Shown here: piece by piece, positions 14,968 to 27,631 of the stretch
Layout: each line of letters begins with the position of its first letter
How positions within the stretch are numbered: position 1 is the first letter of the stretch
DNA from: Octopus sinensis
Taxonomy: Eukaryota
Assembly: GCF_006345805.1 (NCBI RefSeq)
Contig: NC_042998.1
Location: forward strand, 64,046,001 to 64,110,000
Length of the DNA stretch: 64,000 bases
Direction of reading: 5' to 3'
Notes under the pieces: model-generated
What the model was told of the DNA's origin: nothing
The model's database searches: none
What the model saw: the letters and a program-made list of their open reading frames with translations, nothing else
Translations under genes and position numbers: made by a program

Positions 14968-15247
14968 TGTTTACATTGTTTACATTATTTACATTTGTCG
15001 GATATTTGTCCTCATCTTGTTTATTGTTAACAATGTTTCTGCTGGTGTACCCTCCAGTCTACATCAGGTGTTCTGGGGGAAATTTCGAATCTGGTTTCTT
15101 ATTTCTAAGACATTTTTCGATGTCATTACCGTTATTATTATTGTTGTTGTTGTTGTTGTTATTATTATTATTATTCAGATCACTGCCTGGAATAGAATTC
15201 GGAATCTTAGGATTAGTAGCCCACGCTCTTAATCACTACGCCATATG
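14968..15247 (-). mobile_element. tRNA-headed element with (AAT/AAC)n linker, internal hammerhead motif and (TGTAAAYAA)n tail
   Basis: Minus strand: GGCGTAGTGATTAAGAGCGTGGGCTACTAATCC...ATTCCAGGCAG, trinucleotide linker, AACAC-CTGATGT-AGACTGGAGGGTACACCAGCA-GAAACATT-GTT, and three 9-bp terminal repeats. Confidence 0.75.
15027..15072 (-). ncRNA. Minimal type-I hammerhead motif (decayed) inside a SINE
   Basis: Core CUGAUGU (A9>U), stem II CUGG/CCAG, GAAA, AUU cleavage triplet, partial stem I AACAC/GUU. Confidence 0.55.
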
Positions 15248-15318
15248 CTGTGGGCGTAGTGGTTGATAGCGCGGACTACTAACCCCAAGATTCCGAGTTC
15301 GATTCCAGGCTGTGACCT
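15246..15318 (+). mobile_element. Solo tRNA-like head of the same element, inverted relative to 15177-15247
   Basis: GGCGTAGTGGTTGATAGCGCGGACTACTAACCCCAAGATTCCGAGTTCGATTCCAGGCTGTGACC has A- and B-boxes but no proper acceptor stem. Confidence 0.75.
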
Positions 15319-15555
15319 TTATGATACCAATGCAGTACAAGGCAGTGGCTCTCGTAGTTTCTGATCTTAACTGATTGGAAGTGTTATAAAATACATTGCT
15401 TTGTCTCACATCTCTCTCCCCCATCACCCCGCTCTATTTCTTCCATCTCTCCTCTCTTTTGCTCTATCTACCCATCTGTCTCTTTGTCCGTCTGTCTCTC
15501 TCTCTCTCTCTCTCTATCTATCTACCTAAGTCTGAGTGCATATGTATGTATGTAC

Positions 15556-15640
<85 letters not shown>

Positions 15641-15678
15641 CAAATATATAAACATATATATGTTTATATATGTATACA

Positions 15679-15727
<49 letters not shown>

Positions 15728-16044
15728 TGTGTAGGTCAGGAAAAATCCAAGCTGCGTCCCTTTGAAGTAATATTATTCCATTATTACAATCCAGTATGTA
15801 CTTGTTGTTTTTGTACTAATGTGAGGTACATATTTTAGTTGAATATTTCGGGAATATAGCGTTCAGAATTGTTATATAACAAAACAGGAATGTTGAAATA
15901 TTTTTGATATTTAATTACCGTTATGCATTTTTCATTCGCTAATACGAATCAGAAAATTGTAAGTGTTCGATAAGCATTTCAGAAATATCTTTAATGATAT
16001 TCTTCAAATAGAGAATGAAATGAATATTTAATACTCTATCTCCA

Positions 16045-16352
16045 CATGCATACATACATACATACACACACACACACCACACACACACACACATACATAC
16101 ATACATACATACATACATACATACATACATACATACATGCATACATACATACATACATACATACATACTCACACACAGGTACATACATACATAGATAGAT
16201 ACATACATACATACATACATACTCACAGACACATACATACATACTCACACACACATACATACATACATACATACATACATACATACATACATACTCACAC
16301 ACATACATACATACATACATACATACATACATACATACATACATACATACAC
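16045..16352. repeat. (ATAC)n/(AC)n compound microsatellite
   Basis: Directly visible. Confidence 0.97.
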
Positions 16353-16379
16353 AATCCCGTCGGCAACATCTTTTAACTA

Positions 16380-17440
16380 CCGAGTGTCGAAGTGTATCGG
16401 TTCACCAAGTTTGCACACATGCGGCTGATAGCATCATAAAACTTGAAAGGCTGCTCCTTCAGCGGCATTCCTTGTTTGATAACCTTAAATACATGCCCAA
16501 AGAGTTTTCACGATCCTACTGCAACATAGATGAAAGAATGAGTGTATATGAGCAGATCATGCATGACTATGTTAGTAGAAAGCTCCGAGATGATAGTATT
16601 TGTTATCATCAAAGGAGTATATCTTGGACCAAAACCGGATTACTACCCACACCACTTTGAATGGTAAGCGTTTGTAATCAGGAACAGGAAATGTCAACGA
16701 AATACCTGATGCACAAAAGAGACAGAGATGTAGGAAAAGCAGTATACTGTGACAACCGATGCAGACTTTCCGGGGTTAACTTCGAAGAAATCAGCCACGT
16801 CTTTAGCAGTCGTCCGAAAATGACACCATAAGTTTATCTACAGAAGATACAAGATATAGCCAGGACACACTATAATGAAACCCATCGAAAGGATAACTAC
16901 GAAGACAAAGAAATAAGAACCCACAGTATGGTGGAAACTATAGGCACACGTAATAAAAAAGGAATACTGGTGGAATGTCCCACTGAAAACCTCAATAAAA
17001 TGTAAACACAATGGATAGAGAAGATTTGAGATAGAGAAGATAAACCGTATACAGTAGTGGAAACAAGCGGATATTAACATAAAGCTGAATATTAGTGAAA
17101 CAGAAGATAACAACGCAGGACTATTGTGAAATCTACACTTGCTCTACTGAGATTGCAAGTTCCGGTTTTATACCTGTACTTATTGGAGCACTGGGATATG
17201 TAACACACTGCCTAAGTTCCTTGAGAAATTCGCTTCTGAAAACCAAAAAGGAGGGAGCTGATTCGAGGATGATAAATGCAAGCCCTCACAGAGACTGGAA
17301 AGATGTGCAAATCTTTCCAGAAGTTTATCATTTAAGTATATTTAAGCAAGTCTAGATATGCAAGTATATACATGAGAATACATAGATGAGACAAAACATA
17401 CAAATCTACCCTTGCATCGACACCAAATACTGCACTTATA
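16380..17440 (+). mobile_element. Decayed 3' part of an R4/Dong-type non-LTR retrotransposon (zinc knuckle + RLE endonuclease)
   Basis: Translated fragments DNRCRLSGVNFEEISHVFSSRPKMT (degenerate CCHC) and FIPVLIGALGYVTHCL (ORF 17095-17355). Many stops and frameshifts. Confidence 0.8.
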
Positions 17441-17930
17441 CACACACATACAAAATTTACCTGTTGATTTGTTGAAATTCCAATAAAGGAACCTTGGATT
17501 TAGGTTAGAAACCGGCTTTTTCTCTATTGGCAAGAACTCCTGAAATAAAACTGAATAATGACAAGCATACATATATACACAAAGACACATGTATACCTGC
17601 ATGTATGTATATGTATGTGTACACGCACATAGTGAGAGTATAGGAGCAATCAACTGTGCAATGTTAACGTATGACAGATCAGATGAAAAATCATCATTTC
17701 TTGATCCACCTACTGTCATAAAACCTTCAATATCAGGACAAATATGTGGAATGCAATACTAAAGCATGACCACATATTAGCGCCCCGTATTAACAAAAGA
17801 AAGATAAAAATATATACATGCATGTGTGTATTCACACATGAAAATATGAATATATATATATGCATATACTTTGAAAGCTATATATTTCGAGCAAGAATTT
17901 ATCAGTGCCACATCTAGCCGAAAGGTTATT

Positions 17931-17973
17931 CTGTGCAGATGAAGGGAAATAATCCAGAAATCGCCACACACAG
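17931..17973 (+). ncRNA. Minimal type-I hammerhead motif, monomer 1 (decayed)
   Basis: CUGUG-CAGAUGA-AGGGAAAUAAUCCA-GAAA-UCGCCACA-CACAG; stem I CUGUG/CACAG is perfect. Confidence 0.6.
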
Positions 17974-18245
17974 CTATTGTGTTGTGCTGAGTGGTGATGC
18001 GAAACTCCCTTGTTCGAAAATATAAGGACAGGGATAGTGTGTCATATAGCCATCAGGAAACGATATTTCCAGGGACTAAAAAAGAATAACATTCGACTGC
18101 CACCTTATATTGGCAAAGAATCTTTACCCTAGAGTACTGTTACTGAATGTCTCTCGTTGAGAGATAGAAATTGCCAATTTTATTAGGTCAGTAGATATAT
18201 TTCGAACAAGAATTCAGCAGTCTCACATCTACCCGAACACATATT

Positions 18246-18288
18246 CTGAGCTGATGAAGAGAAAGAGCCTAGAACTTGTGATACATAG
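18246..18288 (+). ncRNA. Minimal type-I hammerhead motif, monomer 2 (decayed)
   Basis: CUGAG-CUGAUGA-AGAGAAAGAGCCUA-GAAC-UUGUGAUA-CAUAG; intact CUGAUGA core and AUA triplet. Confidence 0.6.
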
Positions 18289-18493
18289 ATATTTTTTTGT
18301 GCTGAGTCGTGATGCTAAACTCCTTTGTTCGAAAATGTAAAGACACAGATAGTATGTAGATAGCCAGCTGGAGACAATATTTCCAGGGGCTAAATAACAG
18401 TAACATTCGACTGCCATATTAACTTGGCAAATTATCTTTACTCTGTGTACATACATTTATACAATCATACATACATACATATATACATACATG

Positions 18494-18579
<86 letters not shown>

Positions 18580-18943
18580 GTGTGTATATATGTGTGTGTG
18601 TGTGTATTTTGAGCAATATCAATTCAAACAACCGTTCATAAGCACTGCCCAAGCTTTCCTATCATTTACCAACACTCTTGCCTTTCTTATTCCAACACCA
18701 AAGCTTTCCTCACTCCAGAGAAATTAGTTCAAGTCCAGAAATTAAATTAGACTAAAATAGATTAATTTAATCTAAATTTTCATACTGGAACTGGGTAATT
18801 GGTTGTCTCTTCAGGGAATAATCTTCCAAAAGAGAGTTACATTTCAACATGTTGATACATGGCAGACTCAGATGTATGCGTTTTAGAATGTGTTCGTTGT
18901 TTTTTTTTTTAAATCTCATTTTCATATATATACATATAAGCAG

Positions 18944-19300
18944 TGAAGGTGCAATGACTCTGCGAATTCGCGGTCACAGGATCGTGGCTTCGATTCCCCG
19001 ACCCTTCGTTGTGAGTGTTTATTGAGCGAAAACACCTAAAGCTCCAGGAAGCTCCTGTGGGTGATGGTAGAGGACCATGCTGAACTCTTTCACTGTAACT
19101 TCCTTCTTGTTTCTGTTGTACCTATTTTTCAAAGGGCCAGCGTTGTCACATTCTGTATCACGCTGAATTTCCCAGATAACTGCGGTAAGAGTACACGTGT
19201 CTCTGGAGAGTTCAGCCACTTGCACGTTAAGTTCACGAGCAGGATGTGCCGTTGATCAGATCAACTGGAATCCTCGTCGCCGTAACCGACGAAGTGCCAC
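18944..19300 (+). mobile_element. SINE family C (tRNA head, central GTGAGTGTTTATTGAGCGAAAACACCTAAAGCTCC, tail T1)
   Basis: B-box GGCTTCGATTCCC; tail CGTCGCCGTAACCGACGAAGTGCCA; matches 35668-36048. Confidence 0.88.
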
Positions 19301-19323
19301 CACATATAAACAAATACGTTTGA

Positions 19324-19492
<169 letters not shown>

Positions 19493-19499
19493 CTCTGTG

Positions 19500-19543
<44 letters not shown>

Positions 19544-20254
19544 ATACGCATACATATATTTATACATACAAATACTTTAATGGCACCAAAAAGAAAATGC
19601 GGTTGATTAAGATTTATAGCTTTCACGTTTTTTATTTAAATAGTTTCTACATTTAGCGTCACTACGAAATATATTTACTACAACAGGAATAAATAAATTT
19701 AAAACAAATTCTTCATACCCTTGTATCAATCTTCGTCTATATCTCATTCTTTATTTATGCATTCAAACACATGCACACTCGCACGCAAACGCACGCAAAT
19801 GAAGACTAGCGCACATAGACACACATTTATAATACGTGACAAAGATTTTACACATGTGCGTGATTTATAAGGACCATAAGATTTTGCATTTAAATGAATT
19901 TATTCTTTAAATTACTTAACATATAGCCCCATATACACATGCAATTCATTTTCTAGTGTTAGGAATGGAATTTTAAAGCATGATTAAAGTGAATATGTCA
20001 GTAATTTGCCGACGGAAATATATATTCATTTCCATTTTATTAATTTTTTTTGTATTATAGTTCTAATTTTTAAAAATGCAACACGGCGCAAATTAATATA
20101 GATTATAAATATATAATCACCTAAGCGGACAATTGGCACATCTCTCGTTAATTCGTGATTAAAGACTTAATTGGAATATTTCGTGTTACTTATTTACGAC
20201 GAATACATTTGTTACCAATATGTCATGAAAAAAGTATTACTAGATACGTACAAG

Positions 20255-20600
20255 CATGGCCGTGTGGTTAAGAAACTTGCTTTGCTGCGAAGTCGTTCTG
20301 AGTTCAGTTCCGCTTCGTAGCACTTTGAACAAGAGATCAATGCTTTGTGCGTGAATGAGGTAGACAAAAACTTTATGAAGGCCAGCGCTTATGAGTGTGT
20401 GTGTGAGGATGTGTGCGTGTGTTTTCCTTTGTGTTTGTTTTCTATCCTCCCTTGATAACAAGTGTTTATTTACGTTCTTGTAACTAAACGGACCGACAAA
20501 TGTAACCGATATAATAAGTTATTACCTTGATCGATCATTGTCTAAACTCTTTAAGTTGCAGCCTCAGAATGGCCGTAAACAAAGAAAGATAAGAGATAAA
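20255..20600 (+). mobile_element. Strongly decayed SINE family B
   Basis: GCATGGCCGTGTGGTTAAG head, GAGTTCAGTTCC, CTTGATAAC...TTTACGTT...GATATAATAAGT. Confidence 0.6.
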
Positions 20601-20767
20601 AAGATAAATGTTATTGAATTAGCTTCGCTTTTGTAGTTTCAATAAAGTCATTATGTGCAAAAAGATTTGTTAAATGATATTGTATAGAGTTGGGGTTGGG
20701 AAGCCCATTTCGTTGTGCCCGCTGGCTCATATACTAGTATGTACAATATATAGTAATTTATTCAATT

Positions 20768-21162
20768 ACTAGCAGTATCGCCCGGAGTTGCTCGGGTTTG
20801 TAAGGGAAATAACTATATAAGCATTTTTAGAGATGTAAAGTATAATAGCCATCTCAATATGGCTAACCACAAAGGGGGGTGTTACTGTAACTTTTTACGT
20901 TCTGGGATTTAATAATACATTTTTAGAGAGTTACTTCCCTTATATAATAGCAAAAAATGCATTAAAAATAGGGAAAAATGATGGTAATTTTTTTTTAAAT
21001 CGTAGACTCATTGTAGACGCGCGCTAATACCCAGAAGGGATCGATATGAATCACGACTATAAGATACTCGCTTTTGGTTACACTGCACCGCAAAATGTGG
21101 GAGTAGTTAGGAATCTAAATCGTAGGAGACAGACACACAACTTCACTTTTATATATAAAGAT
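20768..21162 (+). mobile_element. Non-autonomous Helentron/HINE (DINE-1/Lep1-like) element
   Basis: 5' ACTAGC...CCCGGAGTTGCTCGGG subterminal hairpin; 3' ACAGACACACAAC...TTTTATATATAAAGAT terminus; inserted in an AT-rich site. Confidence 0.75.
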
Positions 21163-22894
21163 AAAATTTATACAATATTCCTTTGCCTATTTTCGACATA
21201 GGTCGCGTTTCTACAACGACTTAAAATGGTTATACTCGAACAGAAAATCGTTTGGTATTTGCCATTTGAATGGAAATGTTGCTTTCACTATAAAACATAT
21301 ATTACAAGGTTTGTACCACCGACTTGAGACCCAACTATATTAGCTAAAAAACATGGAATATCTTATATGTAATATAAAGTCGCAAGTTTAGTAGCGGCGT
21401 TAATGATTACGTTACGCATTAATTTGATGTGTTAAACTTATCTTTATTAATGTATATCGAATTCTACATAGTTATATACAAGATTCACACATATATAAGA
21501 GTTAGAATTTGTGATCCGCCGGTGGAACATTTTCTTTGGAAATTTTTTCCCGCTGCACTAAAAAGTTTCCCCACCCCTGGTATAGAGGGACAATAATAAT
21601 CACATGCTTTTAGTCAACACTATTCGAATTTCGGTGTTTCAGACAAGTACTGGAAACAGGAAATGTTTTAGTAAAAACAAATACTTAAAACCATTTATGT
21701 AATGAAGCCGAATTATGACAGCGCTACATTATTAATGGCACACGCATTTGATATATCGCTGTTTTAATAATGGCTCGCATAATTTTCGTGAATTTATGTT
21801 ATAAATCCTAAACAGCCTGTATGTTACATAGACTATTATTACCCCGAAATGACAATATAAACTCTATGGATAGTATATTGATATTGTTTCCTTACAATAT
21901 TTATATACGTGTTTCTGTTTTAATATGCAGTATTCATCTTCCATGAATGTATGCAAAATTTCATACATGTTTTTAGGTTGAATATATTTGATTTGATAAC
22001 GATAACTAGAAAATATACATATCTCAATACTAAAATGAACATAATATTACTGTTACTAATAACTTACAATACATGAATAGTTGTGCTGTGTTTTGGAATT
22101 CAATTTCATTTTATCTTTCGTTTTCCTGATTTCTGCAAGTATAATGTTGGAAACCATAGCAAACATTGCATAGGCGTTAAAAGCTATTTGTTTTAGAAGA
22201 AATTGAAAATGGAAGGGAAGCTAATTCAAATATAGTTTTGAAGATGTATTTATTTCTAACAAATTTCCACCATAATTTTCGTTGCTTTTATGCTTCATTT
22301 GTAACTATAGGAACAATGGAAGAAACTAAAATATTGAAAATAATCCCCAAAATATGATTTTAATAAATATATTTTGATAAGGTATATTGTAAACTTCGAA
22401 ATATATCCGCGCACGTGAAGTGATTCTGTGTGATGATAAGTAAATAATATAAAATGTGGGATTGTTATACTTACTTTATTTGTATGGTTTACATGAAATT
22501 TTATCATTACCATCATCCCACGCTACGCCTCCCCCAAAATCGGGATGCTATAACTAAATGTTGAAGGAAAATTAAACCAACATTCACTGTTATTTCACCA
22601 CTAACAATCTTCCACTGTCAGTAAAAACAGAAAATTCCCACTGCGCCTTATCTGGAGACTGAATTTCTGGTAGGATCTTATCAGAATATGTTTGCGATTT
22701 CGAAAAAATTAACGCTATTTTTTCTGGTAATTATTGGAGTGCTGTTTCAGTAAAAACAGTTAATACTGAAACTTGCAAAGTTTTCTATATAATACATCAC
22801 ACTAGTCTTGTTTTGATTAAGAATCAAATACGTAAGACATCGGATGTTCAAACGCTTTTAAATGTGACACTAGAGTAATGAGGGCAATGCCAAA

Positions 22895-23075
22895 AGTTTT
22901 TCAGTGAAAGGAGAATCGATTACGTTGATCCCAGTAGTTGACTGGTACTTACCGATACAGAAACGTTGCAAGGCAAAGTCGACGTCGGTGGTATTTGAAT
23001 TCAGAACGTCAAGACGGACGAAATGCAGCTAAGCATTTTGTCCGGCGTGTTAACTATTCTAGTAGTTCACCACCT
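22895..23075 (-). mobile_element. SINE family A2, decayed
   Basis: GGCAAAGTCGAC...GAATTCAGAACGT...CTAAGCATTT core and head. Confidence 0.8.
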
Positions 23076-23121
23076 TGAAACACAAATAAATATATATAAA
23101 TTATCACATCACTAGTATTAT

Positions 23122-23523
23122 AGGCGCAGAAGTGGCTGTGTGGTAAGAAGCTTGCTTACCAACCACATGGTTCCGGGTTCAGTCCCACTGCGTGGCATCT
23201 TAGGTAAGTGCCTTCTACTATAGCCTCGGCCGACCAAATCCTTGTGAGTGGATTTGGTAGCCGAAAACTGAAAGAAGCCCGTCGTATATATGTATATGTA
23301 TATATATGTGTGTGTGTTTGTGTGTCTGTGTTTGTCCACCCCCTAACACAACCGATGGTGGTGTGTTTAAATCCCTGTAACTTAACGGTTCGGCAAAAGT
23401 GACCGATAGAATAAGTACTAGTCTTATAAAGAATAAGTCCTGAGATCGATTTCCTCGATTAAAGGCGGTGCTCCAGCATGGCCGCAGTCAAATGACTGAA
23501 ACAAGTAAAAGAGAGTAAAGAGT
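23122..23523 (+). mobile_element. SINE family B, full length reference copy
   Basis: tRNA-like head with A/B boxes, GGCAAGTG-like segment, short TA/TG linker, 3' module ending (GAGTAAAA)n. Confidence 0.92.
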
Positions 23524-24423
23524 ATTATATTTAAGTACGTTGGATCATACGATGGCGTTATCTTTGTTTATATACAAATATTTGCAGTGGGATTACTTTT
23601 TGAATTGTTTCATCTGTTGCAAAAAAAAAAGAAAAAAAAAACTCAATCTGCAAATGAATTACACTAACTAATGCGGCATCATCAGGAATATATTCCTGAC
23701 AATTGTCTGGGGAAATATTTGTACTGATTATAAGATATTTTGCTATGTAAACATTTTTTCGGGAAATGCATTTTTTTCTGAAAGTAATGTGCGGTTCGCA
23801 TAATAAAACTACTTAGATTATGTCTCAAAGTAATTATATAAATGCATTTTCTAAATATATTTAACCCGTGACTATTCATACCGACAAACCAGTGATTCTT
23901 TGAAAACCTTCTCGAAAGGCAGGGTAGTGTTCTGGGCAAACGCTGAAAACTATAATCCATAAAATCGGATACTTCAATGCTGTTTACAATAAAATGTTCA
24001 TACCAATTAATTCCAAAGGTGCAGAAATATGAATATTAAGTTCATTAATCGGAACGATATGGTGTGCGACATGTGTGACTGGAAATGAAAGAATTCAATA
24101 TTACAGTATGGAAATCTGTGTGTATGTGATTTCTGCTTGTTTTAATAGTTTAGTTTGCGAAATCATTTTAATACGTGTATCCTATATCAGTGTCATAAAA
24201 AATAACTTACATTTTATGTTCTAATTGTTATAGGATACACCTTGAATTTCCTCATTTTACCTGAAAACACTAAGACGACAGCAATTACATTATAGTAAAA
24301 AGGCTATGTTGTGATATTTGAGTATGTTGAACGGTGCACTTAATATTTAAAATGCTTAATATTTTATTCAGACCTGTGCATTTAAATGATTATCAGTGCT
24401 ATTGTGTATTTGGTTTAAAGATA

Positions 24424-24752
24424 GAACTGGCACGCCGTTAGTTATGGCTATGGAGCCTCCAAACGATCCGATCAACAGAATAGCTTGCTCATAAAATTAA
24501 CGTGCAAGTAGCTGAGCGCTCGACCGACACGCGTACCTTGAACGTTGTTCTCATGGCTATTCGGCGTGACACTGAATGTGACGAAGCTGGAACGTTGAAA
24601 TAAAGGTACGATTCATTTTTTCCAGCTGAGTGAAAGGGAGCAACGTGAAATAAAGTATCTTGCTCACGGACACAACGAAACTCTGGGAATCGTATTCAAA
24701 TTCTTATGATTGTGAGCCAAATATCCTTATCACTAGGCCACACACCTTCGCG
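24424..24752 (-). mobile_element. Chimeric SINE: family D head/core + family C tail T1
   Basis: Minus strand GTGTGGCCTAGTG...GAGCAAGATACTTTATTTCACGTTGCTCC...CACTCAGCTG (as at 27632), then ...CTTGCACGTTAATTT...GGCGTGCCA (as at 18944). Confidence 0.75.
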
Positions 24753-24984
24753 ATTTACAAAGCTATTTATACTAGTAACAGTGATACGCAAATGCTGTTA
24801 ATATCATTTGATAAGAGCAAGGCGGCGGGCAGGGAGAATCGTTTGCTTTCGGCGTTGCTAAATTCTTTCGGTGTTGCTAAAATATGTACAATTTCAGCCC
24901 TGGAGTCGATGGAGTAGAGATATGGCCTTTCCCGAAGTGGCTGACTTTGTTTCAAAATCATAAATCAATATTACTCGACAATAA

Positions 24985-25170
24985 TAAAACCGTTAGTCGG
25001 CAAAGTTGTTATCACGCTCGAAAAAATTGCCGAGCAGCGTTTCGTCGGACTTTGCGTTCTGGGTTCAATTTTAGGCAACGTCAACTTCGCCATTCATTTT
25101 TTTGGATTAATAATATATGTACCATTTGAGCACAGGAGGTGTGGGGTCGATGTATTCGACAATCACGCTT
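24985..25170 (+). mobile_element. Decayed family A SINE
   Basis: CGTTCTGGGTTCAATT...GTCAACTTCGCCATTCAT...GGGGTCGATGTATTCGAC. Confidence 0.6.
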
Positions 25171-25264
25171 CTCCAAAATTGCTAGCTTTGTACTAAAATG
25201 TGATGTTACATAATGATGGATTATAGAGTGTGGGTTGGATTTGTCCCCCGCAAATATTCCTTTA

Positions 25265-25470
25265 TTTTAGGATGATAGACGGATGTTCTCAGAATAGCTT
25301 GGCAGTGATGGGCATATATTTAAGAAGTTTGATTTGAAACTGCATGGGTTCAAGTTCAGTCCAACTACACAGCGTCTTGGGCAAGTATCTTGTGCTCTGG
25401 TTACGGGCTGATTAATGCCTTGTGAATGAATTTGCATGACGGAGACTGTGTGAAAGCCCATCGTGTATAC
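25265..25470 (-). mobile_element. Decayed family B SINE, 5' half
   Basis: CTTGGGCAAGTATCTT, GTGAATGAATTTG..GACGGAGACTG..GAAAGCCCATCGT followed by a CA/TA tract. Confidence 0.65.
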
Positions 25471-25482
25471 ATACATACACAC

Positions 25483-25573
<91 letters not shown>

Positions 25574-27631
25574 GCATATATATAAATATATAAACAAGAA
25601 ATTAAATATAGCTCTTCGAGTGGTAGCTCAATAATTTATTGATATTATATTATATTATATCATAATATACTATTAAAAAGTCACTAACAAGCCAAAGAGC
25701 AAACAATTTGCGTCGACCTATATTATTTGATTTATAAACAATTCATATCCATTTATATAAATCTCTTCAGAGCTTTGGTTTAAAGACACGAAATTCCGTG
25801 TGAAAGACGGCTGGATTTTAAAAAAAATATTTCAAATGCCTATTTTTATGAGCTTGAGCTTTAACGAGTTAACAAACAGTGTTTGAGAAGTTTCTGCACC
25901 ATTGGACTCTGTAGCACCATTCTTGGTACCTTTGTGCATTCCTGATGTATTGTCTTTGGAAGTAAATGAATGCACGAAAAATAACGTCATGTATTGATAG
26001 CTTTGTAGTTGCAATTACACAAGTCATTATTCAAACTTTTTTTACAAGATTGCGAATATTGTTGAAAAATGGAATATGACATATATTATTTAAATAACGA
26101 AGGATGAAAACCTTTGAATATGTAAAGGCAGGCATTCCTTATAGCAAAACATAAAGCCAGAATCAATGTATTCATTAGTTAATCTGATATAAAAACACGT
26201 CATGCCAACAGCAGATTTCCAATTAGCGAATCTGATATAAAAGAATAATTATGCACACAAGACAATCCTTTTTTAGTTTCGGTTAAACCATACTAGGTTA
26301 CAAAAACTGACACCGATAAATTTGTGATTCTATAGAATTTTCATGAAGATGAACTAAACTATATTCATTTAGTCTCTGTTTTCAAATATGTTGGTAATTT
26401 GTTTGGTAAATGACAACGGCGTTTAAGCAGATATTTGCCAAATATTGTTTTATACTCACACGCAATATTAAAGGTCATGAACTAGATCTATGTACGGTCT
26501 GTGTTTAGTACAATTATTTAGTTAAAAGTTTTAGTATGACATGGACTTATCAAAATACAGGATAGTTAATTTAATGCTTTTCACCTAAAATTTAGAAACG
26601 AATAAATCTACACTTCTAGAATACTATATATGAAAAATGAATCCGCCACTTTTGAACACTGACCACCGCCTCATATTTATTCAGTAATAATGATACACAT
26701 GCATTTGTACTTTAACATAAGAATCTATTTTCCTCATTAATTTTCATTATCGAAATCAACATGCATATAATAGAAGTTTTATGTAAAAAAAAAAATTGAA
26801 AACGCAACTATTTATATTATCTAAAAAGGAATGCCTTATACCAACTGGAAATGAGATAAAGCGTTTATCTCATATATCAAGCAAACTTTGAATGCAATAT
26901 TCATTAGCATTCCAATGTATGGCAAATATCCTAAATACAGTTATGAAAACTTCACGAGATTACGCCGTTTCGTTTGTTTCTATAAAGATAAAAGCACTAC
27001 AATATATTTAAATTCTAAAGACATTTCAAGGGATAATTGTATAAGATATAATAGGATTATCTAGTGCTTTACAATTACAATATGAAAGACTCAAAATACG
27101 TCATTACATCATTTCAAGATTCAACATAGGTATTCTGAGGATTTCTACTAATTTAAGATTTGCTTCGAAATTATATAGGATTATTGTAACTTGAAAAATG
27201 TAGTGAAATTATTTTCACAAACGTTTTCCAAAGTACATTTTGATTTGAAAAGAAACTCGATCAATGGCGTTTAAATACCAGTTCCTTTCACTGTCACACA
27301 ATTTCATTTGTTGTTCGGAGATTCTGCTCATATTTAAGTTGAAACCATTAGCAGCAAACAATATTGAAGAGATATTGCAGGACCAAAACACAACGAAATA
27401 TGTGAACAAATAAGAGGAGTTATTTCACAGTATACATGTAGTAATAGGTACTTTATTTCCATACTATCTGTGCAAAGTGTGTGTGCGTGTGTGTACGTAT
27501 ATATACATATGTGTATCTATATATAAACTGCTCCTTGTTATATATATATATATATATAGATAAATAGATAGATAGATACATACATACATGTTTAGACGCA
27601 CACACACTGCTCCCCATTATATATATATATA

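Larger units (their letters stand above)
17876..18450 (+). repeat. Diverged head-to-tail dimer of a 315-bp monomer, each carrying a hammerhead motif (retrozyme-like)
   Basis: TATATTTCGA at 17881 and 18196; HHR cores at 17936 and 18251 (both 315 apart). Monomers align over about 260 bp. Confidence 0.8.

Noticed and set aside
15246-15318. Functional tRNA gene (ACT anticodon)
   Set aside because: The acceptor stem does not pair, and the sequence is the head of a repeated element. The same applies to the other SINE heads.
17876-18450. CRISPR-like or exon-duplication reading of the 315-bp repeat
   Set aside because: There is no short repeat/spacer structure, the context is eukaryotic, and both monomers have stops in all shared frames.
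21515-21582. hAT-like terminus (...TTCCCCACCCCTG)
   Set aside because: No matching opposite end or TSD was found.
25832-26014. Minus-strand terminal exon after TTTACTTCCAAAG
   Set aside because: Three possible frames, no recognisable protein and no supporting partner exon.
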